A stretch of DNA of 64,000 nucleotides, from positions 544,001-608,000 of the forward strand of contig BK006947.3 in the NCBI GenBank assembly GCA_000146045.2, in the 5' to 3' direction. Position 1 is the stretch's first letter, and each line of letters opens with the position of its first letter. This DNA is from TPA_inf: Saccharomyces (taxonomy: Eukaryota). Below are positions 10,751 through 22,427 of this stretch, one piece after another. The translations under genes were made by a program, and so were the position numbers. The notes beneath the pieces were generated by a model. That model was not told the DNA's origin. It worked only from the letters and a program-made list of their open reading frames with translations, and ran no database searches.

Positions 10751-11047
10751 GAAATGTGCCATTTGTATACGCAGATTTGTTGTATACATAATGGTAGGTA
10801 TTTATCGTGATCAAGTCTCAGGAAGTCAATAAGCATGGTCTATTCTTTTCTTTTATGTAGTTTATAATAGGCAACTTTAATGTTCCCAGAAGACGCGTTT
10901 TCCATTACTTATTATACCCAAAAAAAAAAATTAAAAAAAAACAACTTCGAACATGCAAACGCAAAGCGAAGGAAATTATAACTTTGACTTCTAACCTATT
11001 AAAGAAATACAAACAACCGGCAAGGAGCCACTGATTACCAGGTATTT

Positions 11048-12832
11048 ATGAGTAGTATTGTTAATAAAAGTGGTACACGCTTTGCCCCTAAAGTAAGGCA
11101 GCGTAGAGCCGCCACTGGAGGAACACCAACTCCAAAGCCAAGAACCCCTCAACTTTTCATTCCCGAAAGTAAAGAAATAGAAGAAGATAATAGTGATAAC
11201 GATAAAGGTGTTGATGAAAATGAAACGGCTATTGTTGAGAAACCTTCGCTAGTTGGAGAACGCTCTTTAGAAGGCTTTACCTTAACCGGCACTAATGGAC
11301 ATGATAATGAAATAGGTGATGAGGGCCCCATTGACGCCTCGACCCAGAACCCCAAAGCAGACGTTATAGAAGATAATGTGACTCTAAAACCGGCACCCTT
11401 GCAAACCCACCGAGACCAGAAGGTACCGAGATCCAGCAGATTAGCTTCACTGAGTAAGGACAACGAAAGTCGTCCAAGTTTTAAACCGTCATTTCTCGAT
11501 TCTTCCAGTAACAGTAATGGGACTGCGCGACGTTTATCTACAATCTCCAATAAGCTTCCTAAAAAGATAAGGCTTGGAAGCATTACAGAAAACGATATGA
11601 ATCTGAAAACTTTCAAAAGACATAGGGTTTTGGGCAAACCTTCTTCGGCTAAGAAACCAGCAGGTGCACACAGAATCAGTATTGTCTCCAAAATTTCTCC
11701 ACCTACGGCAATGACCGATTCTTTGGACAGGAATGAATTTTCGTCAGAAACTTCTACATCAAGAGAAGCTGATGAGAATGAAAATTATGTGATTAGCAAA
11801 GTCAAAGATATCCCGAAAAAAGTGAGAGATGGGGAGTCTGCTAAATATTTTATCGATGAAGAGAATTTTACGATGGCAGAGTTGTGTAAGCCAAACTTTC
11901 CTATTGGTCAAATATCTGAAAACTTTGAAAAATCTAAAATGGCAAAAAAGGCAAAATTGGAAAAGAGAAGGCATCTTAGAGAACTCAGAATGCGCGCACG
12001 ACAAGAATTTAAACCACTACACTCATTGACTAAAGAAGAACAGGAAGAAGAAGAGGAGAAGAGAAAGGAAGAAAGAGATAAACTACTCAACGCTGACATT
12101 CCTGAGTCAGACCGCAAAGCACATACGGCGATCCAACTGAAGCTTAACCCTGATGGTACTATGGCAATTGATGAAGAGACTATGGTTGTTGACAGACACA
12201 AAAATGCTAGTATCGAAAATGAATATAAAGAAAAAGTTGATGAAAACCCTTTTGCCAATCTTTATAATTACGGGTCGTATGGTAGGGGTTCATACACAGA
12301 CCCGTGGACTGTGGAAGAAATGATAAAGTTCTACAAGGCGCTTTCTATGTGGGGGACAGATTTCAATTTGATCTCACAATTATACCCTTATAGATCAAGA
12401 AAACAAGTGAAGGCCAAATTCGTTAATGAGGAGAAGAAACGTCCAATATTGATTGAATTGGCCCTTCGATCTAAGCTACCGCCTAATTTTGATGAGTATT
12501 GCTGCGAAATCAAGAAGAACATTGGTACAGTAGCAGACTTCAACGAGAAACTAATCGAATTACAAAACGAGCACAAACATCATATGAAGGAAATCGAAGA
12601 AGCAAAGAATACGGCAAAGGAGGAAGACCAAACTGCACAAAGGCTAAATGATGCTAATTTGAATAAAAAGGGATCTGGTGGTATTATGACAAATGATTTG
12701 AAAGTTTATAGAAAAACGGAAGTTGTTCTGGGTACAATTGATGACTTGAAAAGGAAGAAACTCAAAGAAAGGAATAATGATGACAATGAGGATAATGAAG
12801 GAAGTGAAGAAGAGCCTGAGATTGATCAATAA
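11048..12832 (+). CDS. BDP1: TFIIIB B'' subunit containing a SANT domain.
   Basis: 594-aa ORF. It has a SANT-like segment WTVEEMIKFYKALSMWGTDFNLISQLYP and highly charged termini. Size and position match BDP1. Confidence 0.9.
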   Translation: MSSIVNKSGTRFAPKVRQRRAATGGTPTPKPRTPQLFIPESKEIEEDNSDNDKGVDENETAIVEKPSLVGERSLEGFTLTGTNGHDNEIGDEGPIDASTQNPKADVIEDNVTLKPAPLQTHRDQKVPRSSRLASLSKDNESRPSFKPSFLDSSSNSNGTARRLSTISNKLPKKIRLGSITENDMNLKTFKRHRVLGKPSSAKKPAGAHRISIVSKISPPTAMTDSLDRNEFSSETSTSREADENENYVISKVKDIPKKVRDGESAKYFIDEENFTMAELCKPNFPIGQISENFEKSKMAKKAKLEKRRHLRELRMRARQEFKPLHSLTKEEQEEEEEKRKEERDKLLNADIPESDRKAHTAIQLKLNPDGTMAIDEETMVVDRHKNASIENEYKEKVDENPFANLYNYGSYGRGSYTDPWTVEEMIKFYKALSMWGTDFNLISQLYPYRSRKQVKAKFVNEEKKRPILIELALRSKLPPNFDEYCCEIKKNIGTVADFNEKLIELQNEHKHHMKEIEEAKNTAKEEDQTAQRLNDANLNKKGSGGIMTNDLKVYRKTEVVLGTIDDLKRKKLKERNNDDNEDNEGSEEEPEIDQ

Positions 12833-13019
12833 GAGACATTTATATGCATACATAATGGATAAATAGCACAACTTTTTGTTGTATTATATCATTTTCTTCA
12901 GGTGTACCGCGGCATCAATAAATGAAGCGATGTTCGGAAGAAAAAATTGGCAACGAAAACAGTATTATGAAAGTTACATATGAGGATCGTTCTATAAGCA
13001 AAAGAAACAAAAGGATGAT

Positions 13020-13783
13020 ATGATTAGTAAAGAGTATGAATTTGGTAAGACTAGTATACTGAATAGAAAGAAGTATACATTAGTTATCGATGAAGACAAG
13101 AATGGCAATTTTATAAGATTTACCGTTTTACCTGTATCTAACCGAAAGTTCAAAAAAGTCAAGCAAAATGGGAGGGTAGAGATTAACATGGGCATACAAT
13201 ATCACCAAATTGTACTTATTTTACTACTGAATATTTTGTTCTATGTAATTTGCCTAAGATCAAGATTTCTCGAACATATTAATAGAACTTTTGAAGTGAC
13301 AATCGCGCGAAGTTTCCAGATCTTAATTATAATGGGATTGTTTGCCTTAGGTACAATTATACTTGTGAGGGGACCTAGTGTGGAAACTGTAACAATTTTC
13401 AAAGAAAGTGGACTACAGCTGTCCAGAGTGAAGGGTATGGTTATATTTCCTCAACAATGGAATCGGAAGTTCTTTGAACAAGTAGAGTTTATATCCAATG
13501 AAAGAATTATTGATGTAGTGATCAATGAAGGATTCTGTCGGGGATTTCGAGTGATATTCTATCTTGCAGCAATTGTACGTAAATCGTCTACGCTTAAGCT
13601 ATTATTTCCAGTATGTATTCAAGCGAATTTAAGATTGTTTCTTACTTCAACGATCTGATTAGAAATACTAACACAACAATGCAGTCAAATTTGCCCAGTA
13701 TCGATGACCAACGTCTAATATACAACATATCTAGAAAATATCTCAGTAAGCAAGAAAAACCCCTGAGCAGACCAAAAGATTGA
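13020..13783 (+). CDS. GPI15: GPI-GlcNAc transferase subunit (PIG-H homolog), intron-containing. Exon 1 is 13020-13610, the intron is 13611-13684, and exon 2 is 13685-13783. The protein totals 229 aa.
   Basis: The track ORF 13020-13658 runs into a GTATGT at 13611. TACTAAC is at 13666-13672 and the AG is at 13683-13684. Splicing joins ...LLFP to SNLPSIDDQRLIYNISRKYLSKQEKPLSRPKD, ending at a TGA at 13781-13783. Confidence 0.8.
13611..13684 (+). other. GPI15 intron, 74 nt. It is unusually 3'-proximal, lying after codon 197 of 229.
   Basis: GTATGT, TACTAAC and CAG signals are seen directly in the sequence. Confidence 0.75.
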
Positions 13784-13919
13784 ACATCAAATTATCATTA
13801 CAGAAAATCTTGAGACATTTTGGTATATACTTATATTTTAGTGTATGTTTATATATAATTATAGATAAGAATTTGAACACACTTAAGTTGCAGAACAAAA
13901 AAAAGGGGAATTGTTTTCA

Positions 13920-15002
13920 TTACATGGTAGATAATTTGTTGATGATTTCATTCGTGAAGTCAGTAGTAGAAGAGGAACCACCAATATCTCTAGTGGTATG
14001 CTTACCTTCTGCGATCGTTTCATGAACTGCCTTTGAGATTCTAGTAGCATATTCATTCAAACCCAAATGGTTCAACATTAACGTGGAGGAAAGGATCATG
14101 GCAGTTGGGTTAGCCACATTTTGGCCTTTAATATCTAAACCAACATGTCTGGAACCTGGTTCGAAGACAGCATAGTCCCTGCCAAAGTTGGCACCTGCCA
14201 CCAATCCTGGACCACCGATCAAAGCAGCGCCAATGTTGCCTAAGATGGTACCGTACATTGAAGGGGTAACTAGGACATCAAATTGATGAGGTTTGGCCAC
14301 CGCCTGCATGGAGGCATTGTCGACAATGATGGACGATACGTCAATATCAGGATATTCTTTTTGGCCAATTTCAGTTATTATATTTCTGAACAGACCGTCA
14401 CCTAACTTCATGATATTTGCCTTATGCACAGCTGTGACAGACTTTCTGTTGTATTTCTTGGCGAAGTCAAAGGCAAATCTGGCGATCCTTTCTGTCTTAG
14501 GTCTAGTCATAACTTTCAAAGATTCCACTACACCAGGGACGGATTCATGTTCCAGGCCTGAGAACTCACCCTCCGTGTTTTCTCTAATGACAATCAAATC
14601 TATGTCTGGAATTCTAGTCTTGACACCCTTCAAGGATTTGAAAAGGGCCACATTGGCGTAGATATCTAGTTGTTTACGCAAAGCAACGTTTAGTGAACCG
14701 TGACCTGTTTGGTCAGCAGGAGTGTGCCATAGCCCCTTAAGACCAATCTTATTTCTCTTTAGAGACTCAACAGCTTCATAGACGCCTTCCTTATGATCTG
14801 TTTGCTTAATGTTTATAGTTTCCCAGTCGATCGGGATATTTTCAGCCTCAAAAATGGTTCTCACTGAATCAGTGATTTCTTTCCCAACACCGTCACCAGG
14901 TATCAAAGTGACGGTGAAACGACCGCCATACTTCTTGGGTAGGGTGCGTTCCGCCTGAGCGGCAGTGGCTAAAGTTCTCTTAGCAATTGTTCTGTTAAGC
15001 AT
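13920..15002 (-). CDS. IDH1: NAD+-dependent isocitrate dehydrogenase subunit 1, with an N-terminal mitochondrial presequence.
   Basis: 360-aa ORF with isocitrate/isopropylmalate dehydrogenase family motifs. The N-terminus MLNRTIAKRTLATAAQAERTL is an amphipathic targeting sequence. Confidence 0.9.
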   Translation of the reverse strand: MLNRTIAKRTLATAAQAERTLPKKYGGRFTVTLIPGDGVGKEITDSVRTIFEAENIPIDWETINIKQTDHKEGVYEAVESLKRNKIGLKGLWHTPADQTGHGSLNVALRKQLDIYANVALFKSLKGVKTRIPDIDLIVIRENTEGEFSGLEHESVPGVVESLKVMTRPKTERIARFAFDFAKKYNRKSVTAVHKANIMKLGDGLFRNIITEIGQKEYPDIDVSSIIVDNASMQAVAKPHQFDVLVTPSMYGTILGNIGAALIGGPGLVAGANFGRDYAVFEPGSRHVGLDIKGQNVANPTAMILSSTLMLNHLGLNEYATRISKAVHETIAEGKHTTRDIGGSSSTTDFTNEIINKLSTM

Positions 15003-15389
15003 TTTTCTCTTACAATTATGGAGGAAAAGGGAGAAGAATGAGGATAGGGAGAATAATGAACCTTGATTGTTACCAGTAATATTAAGGTACTGTTGAAATA
15101 GATCTACGGTAGAGTAAAGAAATCAATCAATCAAGAATAAGCCAATGAAGCGGAAGAAAACAAGAAAAAAGACCTATGGAAAATATAGATAGTCCTATGT
15201 GCTCACCCACATAAAACACTTATATATATATTCAGTGTAGGCATGTATTGTACGGGGATATATATATGAGGGTCTTCCTTTAATCGCTAAATAACAATAC
15301 CGAGCTACCAAAAAAAATAAAAGAAGGTTTCTGCAATATGGTTGGTTGATGAGTGACCTATGACGCCCGATGCTCGGAGAAGGTGGTCA

Positions 15390-15540
15390 GGCACACGTGA
15401 TTCACCTAAACTCGGCGCCGAAAAAAATTTGATCAGCCGTACAGTGTGATTGTTATCACGTGATAGTAACGTAAGTCACGTGCTTTCTAACCATCACCCC
15501 GCACGAACGTTCGTTCCCGTTTCGATGTTGACGTCAGAAT
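15390..15540. promoter_or_regulatory. Motif cluster in the IDH1/NCE103 divergent intergenic region. It contains three CACGTG E-boxes (15394-15399, 15457-15462, 15477-15482) and a palindromic TGACGTCA ATF/CREB site (15529-15536) about 280 bp upstream of NCE103.
   Basis: Exact motif matches are seen in the sequence. TGACGTCA is the bZIP (Cst6/Aca-type) recognition site reported to control NCE103 in low CO2. CACGTG is the Cbf1/Pho4/Tye7-type site. Confidence 0.5.
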
Positions 15541-15813
15541 GAGCTAACTTGACGCCACTGAATTAATTCGCATTGTCACCATGACGCTTATCAAGCCGAA
15601 AAAATTACTAGTGATTCCTTCCTCCCCCTCTCTCGATGAGTAATTTTGAAATGAACAAGTAGGCTGACATAGAGTACTATAAATACTTAGGAAGTAATGA
15701 TTCTCGAGGATAGGTAAGAGCTGTCCTCTTCTAATTCTTGTTCGTTTTCTTCTGAAAACCCCAACCACATCAACTACAGCTAAGACTACAAATTTCAATT
15801 ATTACACATCAGA

Positions 15814-16479
15814 ATGAGCGCTACCGAATCTTCATCTATATTCACATTGAGTCACAACTCAAACCTACAAGATATCTTGGCCGCCAATGCCAAATGGGCC
15901 TCCCAGATGAACAACATACAGCCAACTTTGTTCCCAGATCACAATGCGAAGGGCCAGTCCCCTCACACTCTTTTCATCGGCTGCTCCGATTCGCGTTACA
16001 ACGAAAACTGTTTAGGTGTCTTGCCCGGCGAAGTGTTCACTTGGAAAAATGTTGCTAACATATGTCACTCAGAGGATTTAACTTTGAAGGCCACTTTAGA
16101 GTTTGCCATTATTTGTCTAAAAGTTAACAAAGTTATTATTTGTGGCCACACTGATTGTGGTGGTATAAAGACATGTTTAACTAACCAAAGGGAAGCCTTA
16201 CCAAAAGTTAACTGTTCTCATCTGTACAAGTACTTAGACGATATTGACACCATGTACCATGAAGAGTCACAAAATTTGATCCATTTGAAAACGCAACGTG
16301 AAAAATCTCATTACCTGTCGCACTGTAACGTCAAAAGGCAGTTTAATAGGATTATTGAAAACCCTACTGTGCAAACTGCTGTACAAAATGGAGAATTACA
16401 GGTATACGGTCTGCTTTACAACGTAGAGGACGGTCTACTGCAAACAGTTAGCACTTACACAAAAGTTACCCCAAAATAG
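15814..16479 (+). CDS. NCE103: Beta-class carbonic anhydrase.
   Basis: 221-aa ORF with beta-CA zinc-ligand motifs CSDSR and HTDCGG. Confidence 0.9.
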   Translation: MSATESSSIFTLSHNSNLQDILAANAKWASQMNNIQPTLFPDHNAKGQSPHTLFIGCSDSRYNENCLGVLPGEVFTWKNVANICHSEDLTLKATLEFAIICLKVNKVIICGHTDCGGIKTCLTNQREALPKVNCSHLYKYLDDIDTMYHEESQNLIHLKTQREKSHYLSHCNVKRQFNRIIENPTVQTAVQNGELQVYGLLYNVEDGLLQTVSTYTKVTPK

Positions 16480-16692
16480 TTTTAGCCTCACCGATATACT
16501 TATATAATATTCATTGAAATAGAAAGACATTTACAAAGTAGACGGGGATATTTAGCCCCACTCATATAAATTATGCATTATAACTTTTATAAAAAAAAAG
16601 AAATCACACTTAAATAAATGTCTTAATTGCACATTCCATGTTCAGATATACACTATCTTACCTTTTGAATAGGAATGATGGAAAAAAAATTA

Positions 16693-16765
16693 TGCTTCCA
16701 ATCGGATTTGAACCGATGATCTCCACATTACTAGTGTGGCGCCTTACCAACTTGGCCATAGAAGC
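16693..16765 (-). tRNA. tT(AGU)N1: tRNA-Thr(AGU).
   Basis: The reverse complement reads GCTTCTATGGCCAAGTTGGTAAGGCGCCACACTAGTAATGTGGAGATCATCGGTTCAAATCCGATTGGAAGCA. It has anticodon AGU and a GGTTCAAATCC B-box. Confidence 0.9.
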
Positions 16766-17479
16766 CCGTTATTACGGTCTGTGATCCAGCAAATGTCAGA
16801 TATAACGAATTGAAGTTGCTTTTCCCATCAATGTTTGTCAAGTTGAAACGCTGTAGCACACACTAAGCATTAACGACTATATTACAAGTAAAGCATCAAA
16901 TGATTACTTAAAAGAGTAATCGCAAACTATATTGAAGTTGGCAAAGGCACATGATCCAAATGGTAACGATAACAACATATATGAAAAGTAGTGTTCTAGG
17001 AAACTTCGATAGGGGAGAAAGTACGTAAAAAAAATAATTTTGAGTTGGATTCGAAGTTCCATTAATATCTTGGATAATTAAGTTTGCTGCGTGAGAGACA
17101 GGCAGATTCGGCTTCACAGGAATAAACTCCTATAATTTAAAGGAACTTGTTAGTGTTAGCACTATAAGTAAGAAAAAGTAAATTCTGGCAGTGTTGCTTT
17201 TAATCGCAATAATATTTGATTTACATTCAAACAGTTTCATATACCTCTTTGATAGAACATATTTGCATATGTGTTTATTTGTTTTTTATTTTTTTTTGAT
17301 TACTTCTTTTCAAAAACTAAATGTGAACAAAGAAGAAAAAGGAGTATAAAAGAATAAATAATAGCGGTATTACGTGTGTTGGAAAAAGAATCATAGATCG
17401 TCAATGGACTAGTATTTGTATTACCAGTATTATTATAATATGGATCGTAAGAAGATAACATAAAACATAGAAACAGTTG

Positions 17480-17606
17480 TCAAATCCTTGCACAATTCTA
17501 ACATTCATTATCCTATTACATTATCAATCCTTGCATTTCAACTTTCCATCAAATTTAATGATTTGTTTTCAATCTTTATGTCTTCTTTTTACATCGCATA
17601 TGATAC
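17480..17606 (-). repeat. Fragment of an old, diverged Ty1/Ty2 delta LTR (left part). It is interrupted by the tau insertion and continues at 17978-18032 and 23993-24000.
   Basis: cattatcctattacattatcaatccttgcatttca...catcgcatatgata aligns to the Ty2 LTR sequence cattgatcctattacattatcaatccttgcgtttca...caccgtatatgata. The alignment resumes after the tau element with ctagtattacaaataatactaaacagatgatg. Confidence 0.55.
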
Positions 17607-17977
17607 TGTTGGAACGAGAGTAATTAATAGTAACATGAGTTGCTATGGTAACAATCTAATGCTTACATCGTATATTAATGTACAACTCGTATACGTTTAA
17701 GTGTGATTGCGCCTATTGCAGAAGGAATGTTAAACGAGAAGCTCAGACAATACTGAAGCTGTGTTAAAGATCTATTAGTTGAACATGATATGGTAGGTAC
17801 ATATATGAGGAATATGAGTCGTCACATCAATGTATAGTAACTACCGGAATCACTATTATATTGGTCATGATTAATATGACCAATCGGCGTGTGTTTTATA
17901 TACCTCTCTTATTTAGTATAAGAAGATCAGTACTCACTTCTTCATTAATACTAATTTTTAACCTCTAATTATCAACA
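17607..17977 (+). mobile_element. Solo LTR of 371 bp with TGTTG...CAACA termini and a perfect 5-bp target-site duplication GATAC (17602-17606 and 17978-17982). The length and termini fit a Ty4 tau element.
   Basis: Termini and TSD are read directly from the sequence. Family assignment to tau rests on the 371-bp length and the TGTTGGAACGAGAG start, and is from memory rather than alignment. Confidence 0.7.
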
Positions 17978-18386
17978 GATACCATGCTAGTATTACAAAT
18001 AATACTAAACAGATGATGTTAGAGTTTCATTCTGAAAAGAATGTGGATTTTGATGTAATTGTTGGGATTCCATTTTTTATAAGGCAATAATATTAGGTAT
18101 GTAGATATACTAGAAGTTCTCCTCGAGGATTTAGGAATCCATAAAAGGGAATCTGCAATTCTATACAATTCTATAAATATTATTATCATCATTTTATATG
18201 TTAATATTCATTGATCCTATTACATTATCAATCCTTGCGTTTCAGCTTCCACTAATTTAGATGACTATTTCTCATCATTTGCGTCATCTTCTAACACCGT
18301 ATATGATAATATACTAGTAACGTAAATACTAGTTAGTAGATGATAGTTGATTTTTATTCCAACATACCACCCATAATGTAATAGAT

Positions 18387-21300
18387 CTAATGAATCCATT
18401 TGTTAGTTAATAGTTTAAATGTTTTTATCGGAAGAGGTTTTGTCATCACATCAGCAATGTTCTTCTTGGTCTCGATGTAGTATACGTATAAATTATTACC
18501 TGATACTTCATCTCTAAGTCTCATTGCCTTTGTGCCAAAAAATCTGTTTCTAAATTTCTCTTCATTTGTAGACTTAATTATACTGATCGTTGATCTACTA
18601 TCAGTAAGTAAGCCTTTAATAATTGGTTTCTTGTTAAGTTCTTGCACAAGGTGACTGAGGTTATTCAATAGCGGAATAGCTTCACTGACTGCGTGTATTT
18701 CTGCTTCTGTAGTTGAAGTGCATGTTAACGAAGCCTTTGTCGACTTTCCTCCAATCACTTTTCCGTTGAGTAGGAAAATGTTACCAATTTGTGACTTGTA
18801 ATATGGTTGGTTACCATATGAAGCATCGCTTATTGCGACTAGTTTATTATCTGGCTTGGTAGGTTTGTTTTTGTGCCATATTAATTGTTTATCTCTAGTG
18901 TCCCACATGAATTGTATTAACTCATATGTCATGTCTAAAACTTGCCTAGAGGGGAATAGTATATGTTGAGCAAGTGTGTTGATGTAGTATAGTAAGTCAA
19001 ATCTAAATTTATATCCAACATATGAAGCTAGACCAATCAACTTTTGCATTTCATGTACTTTCTCTTTGTATTCATCTTCATCTATTTCTAGTTCATCCTG
19101 GTCTATATAATGACCTGGTTGACCTGGAGCTCTAAGTTTCTTTCCTTTTGGGTTCAAAGGTACGTTTAGTTTGGGTAATTTTTCTGTCAAGGATTTTTCC
19201 ATACCTAATTTCATGTACTTGCTTCTTTGATATTTGATCTCTAATCCAAGTATGTCGTACTGAATGTCGTTATCACTTTCACCCAGATTTATTATCTTTG
19301 TATCGTATTGTTTCTTGAGTGTTGTTATGATTTTCTTATTTGCATTTAAGTCTTTGCTGAATAATATCATATCATCAACGAATAAGCAAATTGTTACTTG
19401 ACTATTTTTAAATACGCATGACCATCCGCGAACTTCTTGCATGTCGCAACAATTTATTAAATATGATTTAATGGTTTCATACCAGTTTGCACCACTTTGT
19501 TTCAAACCATAGAGTGATTTTCTCAAACGTAGTAATTTATCATTCAAACCTAAATGTGGTGGAGGTCTTATGTATAATTCTTCTTTGATATCAGCATATA
19601 AGTAAGCAGAGGATATGTCCAGCTGTGTGATATAATAGTCGTTGTCTAATGCGATTGACAGTGACGTCATCAGTGCATAGTGATGTACGGTATTGGATTG
19701 CATATCAGAATCATATGTATCGGGGTGTTGAATGTCGCCTCTTGCAACAAATCTAGCTTTGTGTGTACCATCACGTTTCTTGTTAAATATAAACATTGAG
19801 TTTATTACTTTTTTAGGATCTATGTCATTTCTATCATAATATTTGTTTGTATCCCAAGTGTTCATTTTCAATAGTTGGCTAATTTCTTTATGATAAGCTT
19901 CAACATATCTGTCTTTTTCTTTGTTGTCTTTATTATAAGTAATTGCTTCATCATATCTTAAGGTCGTTCGAACTGGTTTGATCGATTTCACTCCTTTTAT
20001 TGCTGCAATTAAATTTATGCGTTTCTTCGATCTTGGTGGTTCCAGACTTCTCATATTCTTATTATTCCATGTGTCTCGGGATACCTCAATTTCAGTTTCA
20101 TTATCTTCTAATGATCTTTTCTTACTTTTGGTAGTAGTCAGAACATTAGAATCATCCATACCACCCAAACTGGAATTAGTCTGACGAGAGTGTATGTGTG
20201 GAATATCTTTTGAAACATCAGAAGTGTCCGTAGGAGATTGATGGGTTAAGTCAGGAAGTGGGAGGTCGTCAAGAATAGAATCAGCCGTAACATTTTTTGA
20301 GGATTTGTCAGGCATTATATTAGGAGTCGCATGGTCAGAAGATCGATATTCTGGCGGATCCGTATCAATGGAGGGTGTATTATCACATACAGCCTTTGTT
20401 TCTATGGAGATGATGGGAGTAGTGGATTCACTGTTGGACGAACGGTCATCTATTGAGGGCGTACTATTTGTAGTCCTGTATTTGATATTTGTATCACTAT
20501 TTCGTTGAATATATGGTTCCTCCGTACCACCCAAACGTGTAGTTTTGATGTTTTCAAGTCCATAATTAACTCTATCCTGTGAGGTCAAATCAATCATATC
20601 ATTGGGACTACCAGGTCGCTTTTGGTTTCGTGCAGTGAAGGTAGACGAGTGTCTAGGTGAAGTAGTATCTGATTCAACGGTACCAACCATTTCGGTACTC
20701 TCTTTATTAATGATATGGGGTGTACGAGATCGTATAGTAGATGGAAGAATATTGTATTCAGATATGTCGGCATCAACTTCTTTTGGTGCACGTACTTTTT
20801 GGACTGGTTCCTTGTCTAATTGTAAAGGGTTTATTGATTGGGACGAGAAGTCGTTCACTAGAGGATCAGAGTTTATTTCAATCTCCGATTGATAGTCATG
20901 ATCAGATTCTGTATTTTGATCATATGACTGCTCCGTTTCATTTTGTTCAATAAAAGATTGGTTATGGGCTGTTAAACGATTGAGATCATCATCAAAAGTG
21001 AGTGTATCGTAGTCGAACTGGTCCAATTTCGTTTGCTTGTTTTGTAATATAACGTAATTGGTAGTATCTACTGTCTTTTTTAATGATGGAAGATAGATAA
21101 TATAGCCATAAGAGTTTCGTGACGGATGTAAGGCGTAACCTGGAATGCCACGAGGATGTATTTTCGAGTCGGGATTATGGTTGTTAACTATAACCGGTTG
21201 ACCGAAAGGTAGTATAGTAGTAATGTCCAGTCCAGCTAAACCTGCATGTTGTCTTGCGGATTTATCGTTTTTTGGTGAGACTAATGAATTTCTGATTATA

Positions 21301-22427
21301 GTAGAAAATTCGACTGCTGAGAACCATAGATGATTTGGTAGACCACTGCAATGAAGCAGTGTGCGACAATCGTTTAATAAAGTACGATTTAATCGTTCAG
21401 CGACACCGTGTGCTCTAGAATCTGCCGTGGTTGTATAGCATGCAGTAATACCTCTGTTCGTAAAGAACTTATGAAGAGTTTTGTTAGTGTACTCGGAGCC
21501 ACGATCCATCTGGATAACTAGAACGCGAGCATTGAATTGGTTCTTAATAAATGCTAATATCGATGTAAAAACATTGAGGATAGATTCTTCACGACGGTCG
21601 TGTAATGGGTACACCCATTGGAATCTGGTTTTCTCATCTGTAAACGATATAAAGTAAGAAGGTGCACTTTTCGGTAAGTGATGTACAGGACCAAATATAT
21701 CGGTATGCAAGTACTGAAAAGGCTCATATGATTCTTGGTACTTTAGTCGTGATCCTTTGACATGTCTATGTTTCGTGCTTTTGCCGATTAGACAGTCAGG
21801 ACATTGATATGTGCTAGCGTTAGACCATTCAATATCCGATTCCTTCAAATATGTAACTGCATTCTTCTTAAGAGACTTCTGAATACTTCGGAAGTTAGCA
21901 TGTCCAAGCATTCGATGTATTAACGGATATGGATATTTATTTACGCTTTTGCTTTTGTTGACGTTGTTTATTGTTAGCTTTGAAATGTGCGAAGGAATTA
22001 GGTATTTTTTAGATAACCAGTAAAAGTCTCCATGTTTGACTATGGGAGCTAGTACTGTACCATCCGATCTTTCTAAAGTGTTTCTGGTAAAGCAGGCAGT
22101 AATATTTTGATTAGCCAGCTCACTCAAACTTAATAGATCATAGGCTATGTTTGGTGTGTGTAGTGCTTTTATTGATGTTTTGGTGCCGTTCTGAAAGTTG
22201 AAGTGAAGATTACCAATGGCATTTATAGGAATGTCTTGTTTTTGAGCATCGACTATGTTTATTTCAGAATTGGGTGTTGCATGGTGTAAATAATGGGCTG
22301 ATCTGACAAGCGTTTGCGAAGCTCCTGAATCAATAAGAAGGTGATCAGGTAGTTCGTCATTCGAGTCTACTGTGTGTGTTGGCTTAGATTCTTTCTGTTG
22401 CTGGCCTAAGACTAAGTTCGTTGTCAT
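18387..22427 (-). CDS. TYB: Ty2 TYB (pol: protease, integrase, reverse transcriptase, RNase H). It is normally expressed only as a Gag-Pol fusion through +1 ribosomal frameshifting.
   Basis: 1346-aa continuous frame with the DSGAS protease motif, an integrase HHCC zinc-binding motif/DDE region, and the YVDDM reverse-transcriptase motif. It ends just before the PPT. Confidence 0.8.
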   Translation of the reverse strand: MTTNLVLGQQQKESKPTHTVDSNDELPDHLLIDSGASQTLVRSAHYLHHATPNSEINIVDAQKQDIPINAIGNLHFNFQNGTKTSIKALHTPNIAYDLLSLSELANQNITACFTRNTLERSDGTVLAPIVKHGDFYWLSKKYLIPSHISKLTINNVNKSKSVNKYPYPLIHRMLGHANFRSIQKSLKKNAVTYLKESDIEWSNASTYQCPDCLIGKSTKHRHVKGSRLKYQESYEPFQYLHTDIFGPVHHLPKSAPSYFISFTDEKTRFQWVYPLHDRREESILNVFTSILAFIKNQFNARVLVIQMDRGSEYTNKTLHKFFTNRGITACYTTTADSRAHGVAERLNRTLLNDCRTLLHCSGLPNHLWFSAVEFSTIIRNSLVSPKNDKSARQHAGLAGLDITTILPFGQPVIVNNHNPDSKIHPRGIPGYALHPSRNSYGYIIYLPSLKKTVDTTNYVILQNKQTKLDQFDYDTLTFDDDLNRLTAHNQSFIEQNETEQSYDQNTESDHDYQSEIEINSDPLVNDFSSQSINPLQLDKEPVQKVRAPKEVDADISEYNILPSTIRSRTPHIINKESTEMVGTVESDTTSPRHSSTFTARNQKRPGSPNDMIDLTSQDRVNYGLENIKTTRLGGTEEPYIQRNSDTNIKYRTTNSTPSIDDRSSNSESTTPIISIETKAVCDNTPSIDTDPPEYRSSDHATPNIMPDKSSKNVTADSILDDLPLPDLTHQSPTDTSDVSKDIPHIHSRQTNSSLGGMDDSNVLTTTKSKKRSLEDNETEIEVSRDTWNNKNMRSLEPPRSKKRINLIAAIKGVKSIKPVRTTLRYDEAITYNKDNKEKDRYVEAYHKEISQLLKMNTWDTNKYYDRNDIDPKKVINSMFIFNKKRDGTHKARFVARGDIQHPDTYDSDMQSNTVHHYALMTSLSIALDNDYYITQLDISSAYLYADIKEELYIRPPPHLGLNDKLLRLRKSLYGLKQSGANWYETIKSYLINCCDMQEVRGWSCVFKNSQVTICLFVDDMILFSKDLNANKKIITTLKKQYDTKIINLGESDNDIQYDILGLEIKYQRSKYMKLGMEKSLTEKLPKLNVPLNPKGKKLRAPGQPGHYIDQDELEIDEDEYKEKVHEMQKLIGLASYVGYKFRFDLLYYINTLAQHILFPSRQVLDMTYELIQFMWDTRDKQLIWHKNKPTKPDNKLVAISDASYGNQPYYKSQIGNIFLLNGKVIGGKSTKASLTCTSTTEAEIHAVSEAIPLLNNLSHLVQELNKKPIIKGLLTDSRSTISIIKSTNEEKFRNRFFGTKAMRLRDEVSGNNLYVYYIETKKNIADVMTKPLPIKTFKLLTNKWIH

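Noticed and set aside
11149-12258. Several minus- and plus-strand ORFs (180, 81, 66 and 116 aa) inside BDP1.
   Set aside because: These are alternative-frame or antisense read-throughs of the BDP1 coding region. They yield Ser/Leu-rich nonsense.
17230-17300. AT-rich stretch with several 10/11 ARS-consensus matches near tT(AGU).
   Set aside because: There is no exact ACS match and no way to test function from sequence alone. It is mentioned only as a weak origin candidate.
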